A DNA stretch of 48,601 bases, taken from positions 1 to 48,601 of IMG/VR virus record IMGVR_UViG_3300020397_000375; one strand, written 5' to 3'. Positions 42,739 to 48,601 of the stretch are shown here, one piece after another. The first letter of the stretch is position 1, and each line of letters begins with the position of its first letter. The translations under genes and the position numbers were made by a program. Source of the stretch: a virus. Taxonomy: Duplodnaviria; Caudoviricetes. The notes beneath the pieces are model-generated. The model was not told the origin of the DNA. It saw only the letters and a program-made list of their open reading frames with translations, and searched no databases.

Positions 42739-43021
42739 AAAAAAAGAAAAGCCTATAAAAACTTCTGTTAAGTCGGGAAACTTTAGACCGACTAAACAGG
42801 GTGCTGGCATGACTAAAAAGGGCGTTGCGGCGTATCGCAGGGCAAACCCCGGTTCTAAGTTGAAAACTGCTGTAACTGGCAACCCTAAGAAGGGAAGTAA
42901 GGACGCCAAGCGGCGTAAGTCTTTCTGCGCCAGAAGTGCAGGTCAAATGAAAAAGTTTCCAAAGGCGGCTAAAAATCCAAACAGTAGATTACGACAAGCA
43001 AGACGTAGGTGGAAGTGCTGA
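42731..43021 (+). CDS. small basic protein (DUF6321-like)
   Basis: G.TKKGV..YRR.NPGSKL...RRKSFCAR...SR...A.RRW.C. Confidence 0.7.
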   Translation: MPRKKEKPIKTSVKSGNFRPTKQGAGMTKKGVAAYRRANPGSKLKTAVTGNPKKGSKDAKRRKSFCARSAGQMKKFPKAAKNPNSRLRQARRRWKC

Positions 43022-43218
43022 TGGAGTCGGTAGAAGTAACACTAGCTAGGCTAGAGGAACGCATTAAAACATTATCGGATGAGGTTCGTCACGTTCATAA
43101 AGAGGTGTCGGACCTGAAAGCGCAAGCCAACCGCTGGAAGGGTGCCTTCTGGCTTATGGTTGCTATTGGGGGAGTCGTTGGCTCCCTCGCACATTTATTT
43201 GTAGGATGGATAAAATGA
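43021..43218 (+). CDS. coiled-coil protein with a C-terminal TM segment
   Basis: LARLEER heptads, then a hydrophobic helix. Confidence 0.55.
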   Translation: MESVEVTLARLEERIKTLSDEVRHVHKEVSDLKAQANRWKGAFWLMVAIGGVVGSLAHLFVGWIK

Positions 43219-43478
43219 CGATGAGTCGTGCAAACATGAAAGAACAAGTTAATCCAAAAAAGAGTAGAACCCCACAACCACCCAAGTCTAAGGCGCAAGC
43301 ATTTGCTGAGTTCAAAAAGAAGAATGGATATTTTCATGATGCTGACCCTAAGAACCCTATGAATCGTGAACGCACACCCGGCATGATGTACGGTGGTAAG
43401 GTAAAGAAAATGAAACATGGCGGACCATGTAGAGGCATGGGCGCGGCAACAAAGGGCGGTAATTTTACTGTAAGCTAA
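43215..43478 (+). CDS. small basic protein with M-x-x-G-G motifs
   Basis: MMYGG, MKHGG, RGMGAATKGG. Confidence 0.6.
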   Translation: MTMSRANMKEQVNPKKSRTPQPPKSKAQAFAEFKKKNGYFHDADPKNPMNRERTPGMMYGGKVKKMKHGGPCRGMGAATKGGNFTVS

Positions 43479-43496
43479 AACATATAGGGGGGAAGA

Positions 43497-43949
43497 GTGT
43501 TACCAGAATTGATGGCGGCTAACGCGGCCTTCGCGGTTATCAAGCAAACCGTTGCCAATTCTGGAGATTTGCTAAAAGCGGGTAAAGCGATAAGTGATTT
43601 CGTTAACGCAAAGGACACTCTCCAGAGAAAAGGAAACAAGAAAAAGCACGGACTGTTTCGCGACCCAAACCAATCTTCTGACATTGAGGAGTTTATGGCT
43701 TTAGAAACTCTCAAGTCGAAAGAAGAAGAGTTGAAACAGTACATGATATACTGCGGTAGGCCGGGTCTATGGCATGATTGGATAAAGTTTCAGGGCAATG
43801 CTAGGAAGGAAAGGCAAAAACAGATTGAATTAGCCAAGAGACAACGGGAAGAATTGGTGCAGATAATTGGTATTATACTGGTCTTGTGTGTTGGTGTTCT
43901 CGGTATTGTTTGGCTTGTCTGGTTTGCTTCAGTATTGAAGGGGATGTAA
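43497..43949 (+). CDS. membrane-anchored hypothetical protein
   Basis: GTG start with GGGGG RBS; C-terminal TM segment. Confidence 0.65.
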   Translation: MLPELMAANAAFAVIKQTVANSGDLLKAGKAISDFVNAKDTLQRKGNKKKHGLFRDPNQSSDIEEFMALETLKSKEEELKQYMIYCGRPGLWHDWIKFQGNARKERQKQIELAKRQREELVQIIGIILVLCVGVLGIVWLVWFASVLKGM

Positions 43950-44350
43950 TGGCAAAAGGTAGCACAGCAACTAAAAGAGACCCTAAAAAGTGGGCGGCGG
44001 CAAAGGCAAGAGCCAAAGCAAAGATGGGTGGAAAACATTCGGCACGGGCCATGCAACTTGCTGTAAAATACTACAAGGACTCTGGTGGAACTTACTCTGG
44101 AAAGAAGAAGTCATCTAACAAGTTGTCAAAGTGGTCAAAGCAGAAATGGAGAACCAAGAGTGGTAAGAACAGCACAATCGGTCCAAAGGCAACGGGTGAA
44201 CGCTATTTACCTACGAAGGCGATTAAATCTCTCTCCTCAAAGGAATATGCCGCAACAACAAGGGCAAAAAGAAAAGGGACGAAAGCAGGAAAGCAGTTCG
44301 TCAAGCAACCAAAAAGGATAGCAAAGAAAACAGCGAAGTTCCGTAAATAG
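43949..44350 (+). CDS. very basic protein (DUF5872-like)
   Basis: SAR..QLA...Y...GG.Y, L.KW.KQKW.T and GERYLP.KA motifs. Confidence 0.7.
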   Translation: MAKGSTATKRDPKKWAAAKARAKAKMGGKHSARAMQLAVKYYKDSGGTYSGKKKSSNKLSKWSKQKWRTKSGKNSTIGPKATGERYLPTKAIKSLSSKEYAATTRAKRKGTKAGKQFVKQPKRIAKKTAKFRK

Positions 44351-44490
44351 AGTATGTGTTATCGCCGCATTAAGAAGGCACACCGTCAACACAAAAGCAC
44401 CTCAGTTTCCGAACGGGGAAGGTTGACAAAGATAAAACGCATCAAGGAAAGGCGCGAAGAACAAGACTATGCTATAGAAAGTATTAGAGA

Positions 44491-45171
44491 ATGGCTACAT
44501 CAGGAACAGCTACGTTCAATCTTGATATCCACGAAATAATAGAAGAAGCGTATGAACGTGCTGGTTTAGGCCGTGCGTTTTCAGGAAGCGATTTTCGCAC
44601 TGCAAGGCGTTCCCTTAATCTTTTGTCTCAGGACTTTGCAAACAGAGGTATAAATCTTTGGACGATAGAAGAAAGCACATTGTCCCTAACTTCTGGAACA
44701 GCAACATATACATTACCAGCAGATACTGTAAGTATCCTTGACCATTCAATAAGAGAAGGAACAGGTTCTTCGCAGTCTGACTTAGCTATAACTAGAATGA
44801 GTCTCGGTGAATATGCCTCTCTTTCATCAAAAAATTCAGATGGCAGACCAGTAAAAATATACGTTGAAAGATTGGTATCCGCACCGAAAATTACTGTTTG
44901 GCCTGTGCCAAATAACAATAACTATACACTAGTATATTACCGCATCAGAAGAATTTACGACACTGTGAATGGTTCTATTACGCAATTTGATGCGCCAACA
45001 AGGTTTCTTCCAGCTATAGTTGCTGGTTTAGCATATCAACTAGCATTAAAAAATCCTGACACAGCGGACAGGGTAGCTATGTTAAAACAGATGTATGAGG
45101 AGGATTTTGATTTAGCGGCTACTGAAGACAGGGACCGTTCAGACTTTAGGATAGTGCCAAGCATTACATGA
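44491..45171 (+). CDS. head-to-tail adaptor / tail tubular protein A-like
   Basis: IEEAYER.G...ARRSLN.....NRG.NLW, GRP, WPVP, GLAY.LA and A..EDR motifs. Confidence 0.75.
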   Translation: MATSGTATFNLDIHEIIEEAYERAGLGRAFSGSDFRTARRSLNLLSQDFANRGINLWTIEESTLSLTSGTATYTLPADTVSILDHSIREGTGSSQSDLAITRMSLGEYASLSSKNSDGRPVKIYVERLVSAPKITVWPVPNNNNYTLVYYRIRRIYDTVNGSITQFDAPTRFLPAIVAGLAYQLALKNPDTADRVAMLKQMYEEDFDLAATEDRDRSDFRIVPSIT

Positions 45172-45860
45172 ATTATATTACAAGCAATATCCCATATTTT
45201 AAAACGTGGGTAAGGCGTGAATACACAACTAACTTTGATAGATATCATGGAGAGTTTTTGCATGGCATGGCGATAGCTGTGACAACTCTTCCAATGAGAA
45301 CCTTGACCTTTCAAATTTTATTTACTGGTTGTGAAAATGAAGAAGAAAATGTGCATGGTGGTGCAATGTGGGCAAGGATGCCTCTCACTGCCCTCGTAGG
45401 TGATACGCCATTTGAAGAGTGGCCTGAACCAATGCCGACTGAGTTAGCCCAACCGTGGGACTGTCAGTCACATCATCATTCTGTGTTTGTTCTTAACAGG
45501 GCCACACCATGTCCTTGGCAAGCAAAGATAGATGGGAATTTTTTCCCTGCAAAGTATTACTTTACTATCGACTATACAGACACAGAGGTAGCGGACGACC
45601 CCGCCCAACACAAGCAAAGTCATGTGCTTGAGTTGATGGATGCGGGACCGTGGACAGGGAATATTGTAGCCCTGCCAAACAATCGGGTTCGAGTAACAAA
45701 TCCAGCGTGGTTTGCTACAGGAGAAGGACCGCCGGACTTCAGGCCAAGCCAGTGGGTCCATCACTCTAAACAAGACCCTAACTATGTGAATGATACTTCA
45801 CGGGTTTTCAACAACCTTTATGCGGAGACAGATGATGAAGAAGATGAAGAAGAAGCCTAA
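45168..45860 (+). CDS. hypothetical protein with Cys/His/Asp motifs
   Basis: GAMWARMP, PWDC.S, YFTID, HKQSH, GNIVALPNNR; function unknown. Confidence 0.7.
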   Translation: MNYITSNIPYFKTWVRREYTTNFDRYHGEFLHGMAIAVTTLPMRTLTFQILFTGCENEEENVHGGAMWARMPLTALVGDTPFEEWPEPMPTELAQPWDCQSHHHSVFVLNRATPCPWQAKIDGNFFPAKYYFTIDYTDTEVADDPAQHKQSHVLELMDAGPWTGNIVALPNNRVRVTNPAWFATGEGPPDFRPSQWVHHSKQDPNYVNDTSRVFNNLYAETDDEEDEEEA

Positions 45861-46194
45861 GGGCATGATGCGCGGTGGCAAGACAATGATGTCCAAGGGA
45901 ATGAAGCGCGGTGGCAAGACAATGATGTCTAAGGGCATGAAGCGTGGCGGCAAAATCATGGGTATGAAAGCTGGCGGTAGCACCAAGATGCCAATGGTAA
46001 TGAAGGATGGAAAGAAAGTTCCAGCCTTTACCGTTGATGGCGTGGGCAAAATGAAGAAGGGTGGACCCACAAAGAAGGCCGCTAAGAAGGTGTCTAAGAC
46101 TAAGAAGCAACAGGCCGCAATAGCTATTGCCAAGAAGAAGGCTAAGAAAAAACCCGCAAAGAAAATGATGTACGGCGGCAAGACTAAGAAGTAG
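45832..46194 (+). CDS. Lys/Met/Gly-rich basic repeat protein
   Basis: GGAG RBS; six M-x-x-G-G motifs. Confidence 0.7.
   Translation: MMKKMKKKPKGMMRGGKTMMSKGMKRGGKTMMSKGMKRGGKIMGMKAGGSTKMPMVMKDGKKVPAFTVDGVGKMKKGGPTKKAAKKVSKTKKQQAAIAIAKKKAKKKPAKKMMYGGKTKK
45859..45960 (+). repeat. 36-bp coding tandem repeat (~2.8 copies)
   Basis: AAGGGMATGAWGCGYGGYGGCAAGACAATGATGTCY units starting at 45859, 45895 and 45931. Confidence 0.9.
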
Positions 46195-46196
46195 TA

Positions 46197-47309
46197 ATGG
46201 CTAGATATGCTTCGGGTAAGAAATCTGTTGCTTTATGTGACCGCTGTGGACAACAGTATCCATATCAAGATTTAAAGGAACAGATAGAAAACAAAAGACC
46301 TAATGGACTTAGGGTTTGCCCACCGTGCTTGGACAAAGACCATCCACAGCTACAGTTGGGCAGACAAAGAATTGTTGACCCGCAAGCATTGCGTCACCCA
46401 AGGCCCGACAGAGTTGAGCCAGCAAGTAACATCATAGCCTTTCAAACTCTGTATCCGCATACCGCTGGAGAAAACAGATTCTCTCTTAGTGGGATTAACA
46501 TATCTACTAGCTTCAATATGACTACGGCTGGTAGCACATCAATAACTACGCCTTCTGCCAACTTTAGTTCTGCATTTGTTCAGACAACCGCAGGTGCTGT
46601 TGTATCTTCAGCAACCACATACAATGTCTTTGTTCAGTCAGGTTTTACAGGATATGGCACTGGCAATAGATACTTCTTTGCTGGTATCAGTGGCCCTGCA
46701 CCAACCCTCACTCTTAACGAGGGAAGCACATACATATTTGACCAGTCGGACAGTAGTAATGCTGGTCACCCACTTAGATTTAGTACAACACCAAATGGAA
46801 CTCATAACGGTGGGTCAGAGTATACAACTGGCGTAACGGTTGTTGGAACTCCGGGTAATGCTGGTGCTTATACACAGATAGCGGTGGCTTCGAGTGCGCC
46901 AACTTTATATTACTATTGCACTAATCATGCAAACATGGGTTGGGTAGCACACACCCCACCCGGCACCACAGAGAACCTAGTAATAGTAACGGTGACAAAC
47001 ACTGGTAGCGGTAATGCGTTCCGTCACAATCAACAAACTGTTGGTGTTAGCGGTGTAGATATAAATGAGGGAGAGGCATACATATTTGACCAGTCAGATT
47101 CATCGAACTCTGGTCACCCTCTAAGATTTTCAACAACAGCGGGTGGTTCGCATTCAGGTGGTTCCGAATACACAACTGGCGTTACCGTTGTGGGAACACC
47201 GGGTTCCGCTGGTGCGTATGTAAGAATCTTAGTAGCCGCCAATGCGCCTACACTTTACACATACTGCACAAATCATTCATTGATGGGATATAGGGTTAAC
47301 ACCGTATGA
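46197..47309 (+). CDS. virion protein: N-terminal CxxC/CxxC domain fused to two cupredoxin-like repeats
   Basis: CDRC...CPPC.D..HPQ; two copies of FDQSDSSN.GHPLRFSTT...LY.YCTNH..MG. Confidence 0.7.
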   Translation: MARYASGKKSVALCDRCGQQYPYQDLKEQIENKRPNGLRVCPPCLDKDHPQLQLGRQRIVDPQALRHPRPDRVEPASNIIAFQTLYPHTAGENRFSLSGINISTSFNMTTAGSTSITTPSANFSSAFVQTTAGAVVSSATTYNVFVQSGFTGYGTGNRYFFAGISGPAPTLTLNEGSTYIFDQSDSSNAGHPLRFSTTPNGTHNGGSEYTTGVTVVGTPGNAGAYTQIAVASSAPTLYYYCTNHANMGWVAHTPPGTTENLVIVTVTNTGSGNAFRHNQQTVGVSGVDINEGEAYIFDQSDSSNSGHPLRFSTTAGGSHSGGSEYTTGVTVVGTPGSAGAYVRILVAANAPTLYTYCTNHSLMGYRVNTV

Positions 47310-47944
47310 ATTATACATCTCTTGTACAAAACATTAAGGACTTTATGGAAGACGATGGCACGGAGTTTGCAAACTCTATTGATACCTTCATCGACCTTAC
47401 CGAACTACGCCTGTCTAGGGACTTAAAGATACCAGCCTTTCGGCGCAGACAATTATCTGCGTTTTCTCAGAACGACCCGTATCTCACTATGCCCACAGAT
47501 ATGGTAACTCTTGAAAACTTACAGACAAAGGTTGGGTACACATCTGGAAATACTGGTTCACATGTAAACCTTCTTTTGCGTTCTGACGAGTTTATGACAG
47601 AGTTTTGGCCTGACAGGTCAGTAACAGGAATACCAGAGTATTACGCATACTTTGATGATGCTACTATATATGTAGCACCGACTCCCAGCAGTAACATTCC
47701 AGTAGAGATTAGTTACCGCCGCCGTTTACCCGCACTGTCTTCAAGCAATCTGACTAATTGGTTGACCGACAATGCGAGTGACGCACTCCTGTATGGAAGT
47801 CTCCTTGAGGCGTCAATGTTTAATAGAAACGCAGGATTGCAACAAGGGTACTTATCTATGTACCAAGCCGCTGTTCAACGGATTACCGAAGAACAGCAAC
47901 AACGAAACTCAGTCGATAATTTTTACATGAGAAACGAGGGTTAA
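47306..47944 (+). CDS. tail adaptor / tubular protein
   Basis: MNY..L...I......FI...E.R, G.P.YY, APTP and NWL......LLYGSL.EA motifs. Confidence 0.7.
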   Translation: MNYTSLVQNIKDFMEDDGTEFANSIDTFIDLTELRLSRDLKIPAFRRRQLSAFSQNDPYLTMPTDMVTLENLQTKVGYTSGNTGSHVNLLLRSDEFMTEFWPDRSVTGIPEYYAYFDDATIYVAPTPSSNIPVEISYRRRLPALSSSNLTNWLTDNASDALLYGSLLEASMFNRNAGLQQGYLSMYQAAVQRITEEQQQRNSVDNFYMRNEG

Positions 47945-47948
47945 TAAA

Positions 47949-48437
47949 ATGGCAACAGCAAACGCCGCAACTTCCTTTCTGGAGTACAAAGTTCTGGATT
48001 TTATATTCAAGAACAACTCCAGTTCATTCGCTACACCGGGCGACAACATTTATGTTGGCCTAGCTACCGCAGTATCTAACTTCAATGACACTACTGGTGA
48101 AACTGGCAACGCCGTTATTACTGAAGTGAATACATCCACTCAGGATTCTAACTATCAACGCAAGCAGGTAAACGCCGCAGGATGGACTCCACAGGCAATT
48201 AGTGCCGACACTCAGAACATTACTAACGCCGGGAACATTGAGTTTGACGCTTCAGGTGGACAAGCAAACTACACTGTAACACACGCATTTATCGCGACTC
48301 ACCAAACAGATGCCCCTGTAACATTTGGCTCTAATGGTAACGTGTTGTTTGTCGGTGCGCTTAACACAGCAAAAACAATCCAGTCGGGTGACATTTTCCG
48401 CATCAACGCGACAAACCTTACTATCGAGTTGAAGTAA
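47949..48437 (+). CDS. tail / tail-fibre-associated structural protein
   Basis: YVGL.T...EV....Y.R...N...IEF....TH......GN.L..G.L...K.I.SGD.F. Confidence 0.65.
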   Translation: MATANAATSFLEYKVLDFIFKNNSSSFATPGDNIYVGLATAVSNFNDTTGETGNAVITEVNTSTQDSNYQRKQVNAAGWTPQAISADTQNITNAGNIEFDASGGQANYTVTHAFIATHQTDAPVTFGSNGNVLFVGALNTAKTIQSGDIFRINATNLTIELK

Positions 48438-48601
48438 TGACACTGGTCATCAAGGACCGAATTAAAGAAACAAGCACCACCACTGGCACTGGAACATATA
48501 CCCTCGCTGGTGCAGTAACGGGCTTTGAAACATTTGGAGAAATAGGTAATGGCAACACTACCTATTACACTTGTACAGATGGCACAGACTTTGAGACTGG
48601 T
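48437..48601 (+). CDS. tail fibre-like protein, N-terminus (truncated by window)
   Basis: MTLVIKDRIKETSTTTGTGTYTLAGAVTGFETF...; open to the window end. Confidence 0.65.
   Translation, partial: MTLVIKDRIKETSTTTGTGTYTLAGAVTGFETFGEIGNGNTTYYTCTDGTDFETG

Noticed and set aside
46730-47290. Duplicated segment as a DGR template/variable repeat pair
   Set aside because: Both copies are in frame in one ORF, differences look mostly synonymous rather than adenine-specific, and no reverse transcriptase is present.
1-48601. tRNA genes, integrase/att site, IS elements, introns or inteins in nrdJ, terL or helicase
   Set aside because: No cloverleaf with a T-loop consensus, recombinase or transposase motifs, or intein/intron-sized insertions noticed by eye; tRNAscan-SE and HMM searches would be needed to be certain.

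Overview
The whole window is most of the genome of a marine dsDNA tailed phage. It looks podovirus-like, with ejected internal proteins and tail-tubular/adaptor genes, and an alphaproteobacterial host is inferred. Layout: (+) internal virion/ejection proteins including a 2722-aa polyvalent protein, then a lysis cassette (1-13.4 kb); (-) recombination module with exonuclease, Sak/Rad52-like annealase, SSB and regulators (13.6-16.5 kb); (+) VRR-NUC, class II ribonucleotide reductase, a lambda-O-like initiator with internal iterons and a split T7/Twinkle-type primase-helicase (16.6-21.9 kb); (-) an early/accessory operon with Sir2, a MoxR-like AAA + metallopeptidase-vWA pair and many small ORFs (22-31.3 kb); a ~1 kb hairpin-rich non-coding region; (+) packaging and structural genes (32.3-48.6 kb). 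I saw no integrase, DNA polymerase, tRNA or CRISPR array. The main unexplained signal is an RNA-level regulatory layer. A promoter- and terminator-bounded ~80-nt RNA at ~21.92-22.0 kb carries two unpaired segments (UUUUGCAUU and CCUACUGAC) complementary to a bipartite motif at the translation starts of seven early genes. There is also a second structured RNA with its own promoter at ~13.44 kb and a repeated short-spacer late-promoter motif. Protein calls come from motif recognition only; no database searches were run.
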